Shown here one piece after another: positions 9,116 to 16,758 of a stretch of DNA of 64,000 bases. Made by a program: the position numbers and the translations under genes. Position 1 is the first letter of the stretch, and each line of letters begins with the position of its first letter. The notes beneath the pieces were generated by a model. The model was not told the DNA's origin, ran no database searches, and saw only the letters and a program-made list of their open reading frames with translations. Origin of the DNA: Myxococcota bacterium (GTDB lineage Bacteria > Myxococcota_A > UBA796); assembly GCA_047621685.1 (NCBI GenBank), contig JBLHNG010000002.1, positions 2,350 to 66,349 of the forward strand, read 5' to 3'.

Positions 9116-9802
9116 CTACAGGGCGAGCAGCCAGGGGACGAGGGCGTCGAGATCGGCATCGGAGATGTTGAGGTCGGGCATCGCGGTGCCCGGCTTGATG
9201 GACTGCGGATCCGCCAGCCACGCTCGAAGCTCGTCGGCGCCGTAGCGGTCTCCCACCCCATCCAGCGCCGGTCCGACGTTGCCGCCGGTGCCGCCGATGC
9301 TGTGGCAGGACACGCAGATGGTGGAGACGAGAGCCGGTGCCGTCGAGAGGTCGACAGCCGTAGCACTCATGACAACCGGGGCCGGGGCCATGTCCGGCTC
9401 TCTTGGGAAGCCGTTGGTGTCGATCTCGCCGACCCACTTGAGGAACGCGATGACGTCGCTGATCTCGTCAGCGGTGAAGTCGTACTGCACCATCTTGCGG
9501 CGACCAGGGTACATCGCCTGCGGATCGGCGAGGAAGGTCGCCAACCACACTTCACCCCGGCGCACATAGGACCGGGTCAGCTCCGGCGCGTAGTAGGCGC
9601 CCTCGCCGAGGAGAGTGTGGCAGCCCATGCAATTATTGGCCTCCCAGATTTCCTTTCCGCGGATGACCGACTCGGTCAGGTTCTCCTCGTGGGAGCGCTC
9701 GGGGACCTGACGCAGCGTGTCTACGGTCAGCCAGAGGAAGACCCCAGAGAAGCCAAGCGTCGCCCCGAGGAAGAAGACTCGGGCTTGAGATTTCGAGAGC
9801 AT
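9116..9802 (-). CDS. norC: nitric oxide reductase small subunit NorC with an extra C-terminal class I cytochrome c domain
   Basis: 228 aa. N-terminal TM anchor plus a NorC haem domain (CMGCH, YYAPEL). After a linker there is a second mono-haem domain (CVSCH .. GTAMP). AAGGAG lies upstream of ATG 9802. Confidence 0.85.
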   Translation of the reverse strand: MLSKSQARVFFLGATLGFSGVFLWLTVDTLRQVPERSHEENLTESVIRGKEIWEANNCMGCHTLLGEGAYYAPELTRSYVRRGEVWLATFLADPQAMYPGRRKMVQYDFTADEISDVIAFLKWVGEIDTNGFPREPDMAPAPVVMSATAVDLSTAPALVSTICVSCHSIGGTGGNVGPALDGVGDRYGADELRAWLADPQSIKPGTAMPDLNISDADLDALVPWLLAL

Positions 9803-9822
9803 CTCTTTCCCTCCTTACTGGA

Positions 9823-9846
9823 TTAATAGATGTTTTTATCTGTTAA
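9823..9846 (-). promoter_or_regulatory. 24-bp AT-rich palindrome TTAATAGAT-N6-ATCTGTTAA upstream of norC
   Basis: 9-nt arms with one mismatch. The near edge is 21 nt from the norC ATG, and the Shine-Dalgarno sits at the same offset as at nirK. It matches the element at 12692..12715. Confidence 0.55.
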
Positions 9847-9865
9847 AACGGAACAAGAACGACCA

Positions 9866-10450
9866 TCACAGACCCCGGAGCGCAGCCAGCAGCGGCTCAG
9901 GCGACTGCCGGAGTCCCTCCAGCCGGATGACCGGCGTGCCCCTTGAGTCGAGCAGGGTGATGATCGAGGAGTGGTGAAGCTCGCCGCCATCGATGGCCTG
10001 GTACGAGATACCCAGCACCGCGGCGATGTCTCGGACGTGCTCCGGTGCCGGGGCGGTCAGTCGCCAGCGGTCGGTGTCCAGGCCATGCTGGTCGATGACC
10101 GACGCGAGCTGTGCGGGGGTGTCCGCCACAGGATCGAGGCTGACGAGCAGCACCCGGAGATTCGCCCGCTCTGCATCCGTCAGCGCCTCTTCCAGCGACT
10201 TGATGTCGCTGATGAGCATCGGGCAGGCGGAGGGGCAGGAGGCGTAGAACATCGAGATGAGCACCGGCTGGCCGGCGAACACCGACAGCGGGACCGCGTC
10301 GCCGTGCTGATCGATGAGCGGGGTGTCGAGGTGGTACAGCGAGTCGCCGGGGAGCGCCTCAAGCGCGGTGACTTCAGCGGGCTCAGCAGGCTCAGGTGCG
10401 CCCGAGCAGCCGACGAGCCAGGTGGTACAGATCAGAGTGAGTAAGCGCAC
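9866..10450 (-). CDS. SCO1/SenC-family copper chaperone lipoprotein
   Basis: 194 aa with lipobox LVGCSG and the thioredoxin-fold CPSACP (CxxxC) motif plus a downstream His, typical of SCO1/SenC. Confidence 0.85.
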   Translation of the reverse strand: MRLLTLICTTWLVGCSGAPEPAEPAEVTALEALPGDSLYHLDTPLIDQHGDAVPLSVFAGQPVLISMFYASCPSACPMLISDIKSLEEALTDAERANLRVLLVSLDPVADTPAQLASVIDQHGLDTDRWRLTAPAPEHVRDIAAVLGISYQAIDGGELHHSSIITLLDSRGTPVIRLEGLRQSPEPLLAALRGL

Positions 10451-11175
10451 CGGAACCCCAGGTTTTCTGTGGTGAACGAAGCATCAAGTGAGCTGCGCAT
10501 CGCGAAGCGCATGAACGAGGCGTAGTCCTGGACATCCCGGGCCGACAGGGCACCAGCCCCGCAGAAGCGAAGGTTCTCGCCGTCTCCAGACTCCCGGACA
10601 TCCGCCGAGATCAGCTGGCTGTTGAAGTCCAGCGTCCACTCCCAGATCAGGCCGTGCAGGTCGTGCAGTCCCCAGAAGTTAGCAGTCCCCTCCCCGACCG
10701 GTCGCAGCCGCTCGCCAGGACCAGCGCCGTACCACGCCAGGATCGCGGCGAGAGTCTCAGGATCCTCACGACCACCGTGGGATGTTGTGGCGGTGGCGTC
10801 GGCGACGTACTCCCACTGATAGACCCCCGGCAGATCACCACCAGCGGCCTGGCAGTAAGCCCGCGCGGCGAACCAGCTCACGCCGGTGACCGGGTGGTCG
10901 GGATGCAGCACCCCGAAGTCCGCCGGACCGCGCCAGGACGACAGGTAGCCAGCATCGGCGAAGACCGCTGGAGGTGCCCCCCTCGCCCATGTCGGATTTG
11001 ACCTGACAAACGCCATGAATTCCGCGTTGGTCACCGGTGTGGTGTCCATGGAGAACGCCGCGACCGAGACAACCTCCTGGCCTTCCCCAGGCGGGTAGAA
11101 CGGCGCATGCTGCCCTTGAGCAATGGCGACTCGCTCCGCTGCACCGGAGAGGGCGATCAGGAGGAAAGAGAGCAT
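10432..11175 (-). CDS. nirV: formylglycine-generating-enzyme (SUMF1) family protein, NirV-like
   Basis: 247 aa with an FGE-sulfatase-like sequence (..PVTGVSWFAARAYC.., GLHDLHGLIWEWT, GFRCA). ATGA overlap with the nirK stop. nirV is the usual gene downstream of nirK. Confidence 0.75.
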   Translation of the reverse strand: MLSFLLIALSGAAERVAIAQGQHAPFYPPGEGQEVVSVAAFSMDTTPVTNAEFMAFVRSNPTWARGAPPAVFADAGYLSSWRGPADFGVLHPDHPVTGVSWFAARAYCQAAGGDLPGVYQWEYVADATATTSHGGREDPETLAAILAWYGAGPGERLRPVGEGTANFWGLHDLHGLIWEWTLDFNSQLISADVRESGDGENLRFCGAGALSARDVQDYASFMRFAMRSSLDASFTTENLGFRCAYSL

Positions 11176-12671
11176 CAGTGAGCCGCGCCCGGAGGCCGCT
11201 CAGTCCCAGCGCGCACGGCAGCAACCTGCTCTGCGGTGACGGTGGTGCCGTTGTTGTCCCAGCTTCCGTAGACGAAGGTGAGGATGTTGGCGACCTCGTC
11301 GTCGTTGAGCTGACTCATCGGCGGCATGACCGAGCTGTACGCCTCACCGTTGACCGTCACCGGACCGGTCAGGCCGTTGACCACCACTTCAATGGCGCGG
11401 TCGACGTCGGCGTTGAGGAAGTCCGAGCCAGCCAGCGGCGGGAAGACTCCCTTGAGTCCAGCGCCGTCGGGCTGGTGGCAGGTCGAGCAGGTGCCAGCGA
11501 ACAGGCTCTCACCAGCAGCGATCTGAGCCTCTCGGCTGAGCACACCACCCGCGAGCTGCTCGGCGGCCTGGGCGACGGCCCCGGTGGGCTCGGCCTTGTC
11601 GGCCAGGTAGACGCTGGAGACTTCCTTGCCCGAGTAGATCGCCAGGTCGTCATCGCCCTCGACCTTCATCATGCCCAGCGCGCCCTTGTTGAACGCCCGG
11701 AAGATGCTGTGGTCGACCAGGATGTAGGTCCCCGGTGCCTCGACGTAGTACTCCACGACGGCCGCGCCGCCGGAGGGGATGAGCGTGGTCTGAACGTTCT
11801 CCTGGTAGTTCGAGCCGCCCTCGGTGTAGACCCTGTCGAAGATCTCGCCGATGACATGGAAGCTGCTGACGAGGTTCGGGCCGCCGTTGCCGACGTAGAG
11901 CCGGACCGTCTCACCGACGTTGGCGACCAGGGCATTGTCGCCAACCAGCGATCCCTCAGAGCCGTTGAACAGCACGTAGGTCGCGTTCTCCTCGATGGCC
12001 TTCTGCATGTCGAAGGGTTGAAGTCCCTTCTCGCGGTATTTTCCGACCGTGTAGAAGTCGCCCTGCATGACGTAGTACTCGCGGTCGACCGGGGGCAGCC
12101 CTTCTGGCGGCTCGACGAGGATGAGCCCGTACATGCCGTTGGCGATGTGCATGCCGACCGGCGCGGTGGCGCAGTGGTAGACGAACAGGCCCGGGTTGAG
12201 CGCCTTGAAGGTGAACTGAGACTCATGCCCCGGCGCGGTGAAGCTGCTGGCCGCGCCGCCGCCCGGTCCGGTGACCGCGTGCAGGTCAATGTTGTGGGGC
12301 ATCTTGGAGTCGGGGTGGTTCTGGAGATGGAACTCCACGGTGTCGCCCTGACGAATCCGGATGAACTTCCCGGGCACGTCGCCGCCGAACGTCCAGAAGG
12401 TGTAGTCGACGCCGTCGGAGATCGGCATCACCTTCTCGACGACCTCCAGCTCCACGATCACCTTCGCTGGCTCGGTGCGGCCGGTGGGCGGCGGGACCAC
12501 GGGGGCGCTGGTGATCACTGCGTTTATCGGCTCACCCTGCGGGGGGCCGAAGTCGCCGGCCCTTGAGCCGCCGATCTCAGGGCTCTCAGGGGGCAGAGTG
12601 GTTGTGGGCTGCTGTGAAGGGGTGTCGCACCCGGTCAGAGTCAGCGCGAGGAGGATGGGGAGGGTCATCAT
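11175..12671 (-). CDS. nirK: copper-containing nitrite reductase NirK, lipoprotein form with a C-terminal cytochrome c domain
   Basis: Start taken at ATG 12671 ([15 protein letters not shown] lipobox; AAGGAG upstream). Cu ligands [10 protein letters not shown] and [16 protein letters not shown]. The C-terminal ~100 aa carry CSTCH, a class I cytochrome c. Confidence 0.95.
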   Translation of the reverse strand: MMTLPILLALTLTGCDTPSQQPTTTLPPESPEIGGSRAGDFGPPQGEPINAVITSAPVVPPPTGRTEPAKVIVELEVVEKVMPISDGVDYTFWTFGGDVPGKFIRIRQGDTVEFHLQNHPDSKMPHNIDLHAVTGPGGGAASSFTAPGHESQFTFKALNPGLFVYHCATAPVGMHIANGMYGLILVEPPEGLPPVDREYYVMQGDFYTVGKYREKGLQPFDMQKAIEENATYVLFNGSEGSLVGDNALVANVGETVRLYVGNGGPNLVSSFHVIGEIFDRVYTEGGSNYQENVQTTLIPSGGAAVVEYYVEAPGTYILVDHSIFRAFNKGALGMMKVEGDDDLAIYSGKEVSSVYLADKAEPTGAVAQAAEQLAGGVLSREAQIAAGESLFAGTCSTCHQPDGAGLKGVFPPLAGSDFLNADVDRAIEVVVNGLTGPVTVNGEAYSSVMPPMSQLNDDEVANILTFVYGSWDNNGTTVTAEQVAAVRAGTERPPGAAH

Positions 12672-12691
12672 CGCTGTGCTCCTTGTCGATC

Positions 12692-12715
12692 TTAATAGAT
12701 ATAAAGGTCTATTAA
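12692..12715 (-). promoter_or_regulatory. 24-bp AT-rich palindrome TTAATAGA-N8-TCTATTAA upstream of nirK
   Basis: Perfect 8-nt arms (9-nt with one mismatch). The near edge is 21 nt from the nirK ATG. Same sequence and spacing as 9823..9846. Confidence 0.55.
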
Positions 12716-12763
12716 ACCTATAAGTGATCACCCCCGCCGCGGTCAACCGGTATCCTCACCGCC

Positions 12764-13360
12764 ATGCTCCTCCTCCTCCTGACCTGCGCCGCCACCCCAC
12801 CCGTTCCCGAGCGCATCGCAGCCGCTGCAGTCACCGAGTCCTGTCAGCTGTGCATCTTCCAGCGAGACGGAGCGCTCTCCGACATCCTCAAGCGGCTGAT
12901 CTGGGAGGTCCCGGTCGAGGACATCGAGTTCGGCCACTGCTTCGCCTGTGTGCGCTGCCCGGGAGAAGACGGCCTCTCCGACTGCCGCGGCTTCTCCCCC
13001 GTCGACCTCGACGCCGCCGAGTACCCACCCCAGCCCGGGCACCTCTACCTCGACGACACCGATCCCTGGACCCGGGTGGACTGCCGACCGCTGCTGCCGG
13101 GACAGGCTGAGCGACTGTGGTCCTACGCCCTGAGCTACGACGACGAGCATCCCTACCAGGTCATCAACAAGAAGGGCGGTCGGAGCTGCCTGGGCTTCTG
13201 CGCGGATGTTGCTGCTGCTGCCGGAATGTCGCCGAGGCAGCGGGCGGGTGACCTCACCGTGCCTGGTGCGATGCGGTTTCCGGATGCGACCTTCAGCCTT
13301 GATGCGCCCAATGAGATGACTGCTGCGGAGCTGACTGATGCGCTGGTCAAAGGGCGTTGA
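12764..13360 (+). CDS. hypothetical Cys-rich lipoprotein
   Basis: 198 aa, MLLLLLTCAA lipobox-like N-terminus. No family recognised. Confidence 0.45.
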   Translation: MLLLLLTCAATPPVPERIAAAAVTESCQLCIFQRDGALSDILKRLIWEVPVEDIEFGHCFACVRCPGEDGLSDCRGFSPVDLDAAEYPPQPGHLYLDDTDPWTRVDCRPLLPGQAERLWSYALSYDDEHPYQVINKKGGRSCLGFCADVAAAAGMSPRQRAGDLTVPGAMRFPDATFSLDAPNEMTAAELTDALVKGR

Positions 13361-13571
13361 GGTTTGGCGGACCTTGCGTTGGTGGTGATTCCGACATCGT
13401 CTCCCTCCATCGACCGCTGCACTCACTATCGGCGGACGGTCTCATCGGTGCTGTGTGCCTTACCAGCCGGCTTGAAGCCCACTTCCACGGGAGGACGGTG
13501 AGCATGGCAGCCTGAAAACAAGGGTGGGATCCCGGCCGGCTGCTGCCCACTCCTCTGTGGCGAGGGTGTCG

Positions 13572-14345
13572 TCACAGCGCCTCAGATTGCGCCCCCGGGG
13601 AGGAGATCCGGAGCGCCTTTCCGGAGCCGTTGCTGGGCCAGGCGTCCGTGAACACCGCAGCCTTATGACACCGCAGGCAGCGCCGGGTGAGCGGGCTCGG
13701 GATTCGCTTGAGCAGCGCCCAGTCGCCAGGACAGCGTGCGCGTTTACAGGGCAGCGGAGCGTGGGCGAAGCGGGCGCGGAGGTGGAGGCTGATCTTCTTG
13801 GCGAGGTCATGAAGCTCCGGCGCCGGCAGCCCCTGGTGGACCCGCTCCTCCTGCTCGAACCAGCGCACCAGGGTGGTGCGGCCCTGCTGTCGGAGCCAGT
13901 TCACCAGCGCAGCCCGACGCGCTGGGTTGTAGGGGTCCGCCAGCAGCGCCTCCCAGCCCGGCGACTCTGCCAGCCCCGCCTCCGCCGCCAGCTCCAGAGA
14001 GCCCGCCGCGAGCGGGGTGCCCCAGGGCAGCTCGGAGCCGGTGTCCTCCTGCCAGGACCCATCGCGATAGCGCAGCCGAATCACCCGCCCGCGGCAGAAG
14101 GTGAACCGATCGCCCTCCTGGGGGGTGTACTCGAAGTCGAAGCAGCCGCCCTGGTTGAGCCCGTCCAGGAGGTAGAGAGCGCGCAGCTCGTCCTCCTCGG
14201 TGGGCGTCGCGATGAAGCCCTCCATCACAAACATCCCATCCATCTTGAAGTCTCCAGGCCCCGGTCGGGTCAGACTCCAGTCCGCCGGCACGCCGGTGGT
14301 CGTGGGGCAGGTGCAGAGGCGGAAGCCGTCGGTCACGTCACACAT
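13572..14345 (-). CDS. hypothetical protein
   Basis: 257 aa. A central stretch (EALLADPYNPARRAALVNWLRQQG) faintly resembles the TIGR02996 repeat-companion motif seen in Myxococcota and Planctomycetes. Cys-rich C-terminus. Confidence 0.45.
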   Translation of the reverse strand: MCDVTDGFRLCTCPTTTGVPADWSLTRPGPGDFKMDGMFVMEGFIATPTEEDELRALYLLDGLNQGGCFDFEYTPQEGDRFTFCRGRVIRLRYRDGSWQEDTGSELPWGTPLAAGSLELAAEAGLAESPGWEALLADPYNPARRAALVNWLRQQGRTTLVRWFEQEERVHQGLPAPELHDLAKKISLHLRARFAHAPLPCKRARCPGDWALLKRIPSPLTRRCLRCHKAAVFTDAWPSNGSGKALRISSPGAQSEAL

Positions 14346-14375
14346 GCGCGCTCCATGGTGGTACCTGCAGACACG

Positions 14376-14951
14376 TCACGCCGCAGCCTCCTCAATGCCG
14401 TTGAGCACCAGCAACCGGGCCTCCTTCCGGACCATCTCGATCGGGGCCGCAGCGGGGTCTCGGCAGTGGTAGAGCAGCAGCCCTTCGACCCCCATCAGCA
14501 GCCCCCGCAGCCTCAGTGGGGGAACCGACCGCCCCACCGACAGCAGCGCGACCAGCCGATCCAGCGTCTGCTCTCGGACCGGTGAGAGCATCGAGCCCGG
14601 CCGAACCGCCTCGGTCTGGAGGTGGATCAGCAGCACTCCGGCATCGAGCTGGAAGTCGACGAGGGCCTCCACCGCCGCCAGGATCCGCTCCTGCGGCCCC
14701 GAGGTACGCTCCATGGCCGCGACCACCGCGTCGATGAGCGCGCCCATCCGGTGAATGTAGAGGTCGCACATCACCCCCTCGATGCTGGGGTAGTGAAGGT
14801 AGAACGTCCGCCGGGAGAGCGAAGCGGCGGCGAGGATGTGGCGCACGGTGCTGTCGCGAAGCCCGTGATCAGCCACCACCACCGCAGCCCCGGCGAGGAT
14901 TCGCTCAGCAGTGGAGGGCGGTCGGTCAGCATCAGGCAAGGTCGATGTCAT
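14376..14951 (-). CDS. TetR/AcrR-family transcriptional regulator
   Basis: 191 aa from ATG 14951 (MTSTLPDA..). N-terminal HTH ..AERILAGAAVVVADHGLRDSTVRHILAAASLSRRTFYLHYPS.. is typical of TetR. Confidence 0.8.
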   Translation of the reverse strand: MTSTLPDADRPPSTAERILAGAAVVVADHGLRDSTVRHILAAASLSRRTFYLHYPSIEGVMCDLYIHRMGALIDAVVAAMERTSGPQERILAAVEALVDFQLDAGVLLIHLQTEAVRPGSMLSPVREQTLDRLVALLSVGRSVPPLRLRGLLMGVEGLLLYHCRDPAAAPIEMVRKEARLLVLNGIEEAAA

Positions 14952-14967
14952 GGCTAATTCTCTCCAG

Positions 14968-14982
14968 TAAACACGTTGTTTA
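14968..14982. promoter_or_regulatory. palindrome TAAACA-CGT-TGTTTA in the tetR/DUF4097 divergent intergenic region (candidate TetR operator)
   Basis: Perfect 6-bp arms with a 3-nt spacer, 17 nt upstream of the tetR start codon in an AT-rich island. Confidence 0.4.
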
Positions 14983-15071
14983 TACGCTGAAAAGCATCCA
15001 CGCTTGAGATCGGCGGTGACGGTTCGGGACCTGTGCGGTGTCTCAACCGCCAACCACCCCCCGGAGGCCCC

Positions 15072-15764
15072 ATGCTTCTCTCCCTTTTCTTCGCCTGTAG
15101 CTCTCAGGTCCTCGACACCCACACCCGCACCCTGCCCGCTGAGGCGCTGACTGGACTGCGCTTTGACATCTCCGCTGGCGATGCGATCTTCATCGCCGAG
15201 GAAGGCGCAGACGCGATCACTGCAGAGGCGACCGTGGGCGCAATCGTCGGACCGGGCCACGAACCCTGCGACGTGATGGCCGCCTTCACCTTCGTGCTCG
15301 ACGAGCGTGGCGACGAGGCGGTCCTGGAGGTCGGCTTTGAGGGTGCCGAGCACATGGGCGCCTGGGCAGACCTCGTGGTCACCGGCCCCCCGCACCTCAT
15401 CCTGACCGGCGAAGACAGCAGCGGCGACCTGGAGATCGTGGACTTCGCCGGGCTGACGCTGACGGAGGGCTCCGGAGACACCAGCGTGTTCAACATCTCT
15501 GGCGATGTGGACATCGAGGACGACAGCGGCGACCTGTGGATCGACGGGGTCGGCGGTGACCTGATGGTGATCGATGGCTCCGGCGACCTCAACATCTACG
15601 CGGTGGCTGGAGACGTCTTTATTGAGGACGACAGCGGCGATATCCGGGTTGATGGTGTGGGTGGGGCGGTGTCGGTCATTGATGGTAGCGGCGATATCCG
15701 TGTTTCCAACGCGGGCTCTACGGACATCATCGAGGACGGCTCTGGCGACATCCGCCTGGACTGA
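15072..15764 (+). CDS. DUF4097-like putative adhesin/beta-helix lipoprotein
   Basis: MLLSLFFACSS lipobox (GTG 15033 is an alternative start). C-terminal half built of reiterated (I/V)DGSGD(I/L) units. Confidence 0.55.
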   Translation: MLLSLFFACSSQVLDTHTRTLPAEALTGLRFDISAGDAIFIAEEGADAITAEATVGAIVGPGHEPCDVMAAFTFVLDERGDEAVLEVGFEGAEHMGAWADLVVTGPPHLILTGEDSSGDLEIVDFAGLTLTEGSGDTSVFNISGDVDIEDDSGDLWIDGVGGDLMVIDGSGDLNIYAVAGDVFIEDDSGDIRVDGVGGAVSVIDGSGDIRVSNAGSTDIIEDGSGDIRLD

Positions 15765-15791
15765 GCCTCCCGGTCGCGTGACAATGGGGCC

Positions 15792-16271
15792 ATGCTCCTC
15801 CTCTCACTCCTCGCTGCCTGCACCGCCTCCTCGGACGACACCACCGCGGCGGACACCACAGACACCCTCACCCCGCGAGACGACGGGGCGCCGCCGATCA
15901 GCCACTGGTCGGATGAGGGCCTCGCGGTGGATGGCTACGACACCGTCGCCTACTTCACCGACAGCGACGCCACCCTGGGCGATCCGGCCATCATCACCGA
16001 GTGGGGCGGAGCGGAGTGGCGGTTTGCCAGCGACTCGAACCGCGAGCTGTTCCTCGCCGACCCGACTGCCTATGCCCCGGCGTATGGCTCGTACTGCGCC
16101 TACGCCATGGCCGACGATCGCTTTGCGACCACCGATGCGACCGCCTGGGATGTCGTCGATGGTCGGCTGTTCCTCAACTACAGCGCCGAGGTCCGCGAGA
16201 AGTGGCTCAAGGCGCAGGCGGCTTACATCGTGGCGGCGGATGAGAACTGGGCGGCAAAGATCAGCGAGTAG
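15792..16271 (+). CDS. YHS-domain lipoprotein (YHS domain-containing (seleno)protein family, Cys form)
   Basis: 159 aa with MLLLSLLAAC lipobox. GYDTVAYF.., ..WRFASDSNRELFLADP.. and GSYCAYAMA motifs are typical of this family. Confidence 0.7.
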   Translation: MLLLSLLAACTASSDDTTAADTTDTLTPRDDGAPPISHWSDEGLAVDGYDTVAYFTDSDATLGDPAIITEWGGAEWRFASDSNRELFLADPTAYAPAYGSYCAYAMADDRFATTDATAWDVVDGRLFLNYSAEVREKWLKAQAAYIVAADENWAAKISE

Positions 16272-16758
16272 GTTCTGCGCACCAGCGGACCGTGCTCCCC
16301 GAGAACTTCCCCCGAACCTGATCAACACAGCGCCCTTCCACCAGCAGCCACGGCCCGGCGGTGTGAGGCGCGCCCTTGCTCATGGCACACCGCCAACCTG
16401 TCGCGACCGGCTCCAGCGGCAGGACCTCCTGCTGACAGGACACCACCAGGACGCCAGGGGCGGGGCAGGGCTCGCTGTTGTGGTGGCAGGTCTCAGCGGT
16501 GGGAGACAGCGTCAGGGTCCGCGCGGTGTCGGTGCCGCTCCAGGTCCCCGCCCAGGCCGATGACCACTCGGTGACCTCTTCAGAGGTCCGCCCGTCCTGG
16601 TGGAGATCGTGGAAGCGATCGCTGCCGCTGTCGGTGACCGTCGCGGTGCCGTCTTCGGCGAGGCGGACCACAACGGTGGTGGCTCGCCGCTCGCTGGAGG
16701 CACCAAAGTCGTGGTGCATGTTCCACGCTGCGGTGGTCTGAAATGTCAAAAGAAGCAC
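16261..16758 (-). CDS. hypothetical protein
   Basis: 165-aa ORF (GTG start) overlapping the stop of the upstream gene by 13 nt. No recognisable domain; start uncertain. Confidence 0.35.
   Translation of the reverse strand: MLLLTFQTTAAWNMHHDFGASSERRATTVVVRLAEDGTATVTDSGSDRFHDLHQDGRTSEEVTEWSSAWAGTWSGTDTARTLTLSPTAETCHHNSEPCPAPGVLVVSCQQEVLPLEPVATGWRCAMSKGAPHTAGPWLLVEGRCVDQVRGKFSGSTVRWCAEPTR

Noticed and set aside
7808-9826. 672-aa ORF on the plus strand
   Set aside because: It is antisense to norB and norC, which have unmistakable motifs. Its composition is Arg/Asp/His/Gly-rich low complexity, typical of shadow ORFs in high-GC DNA.
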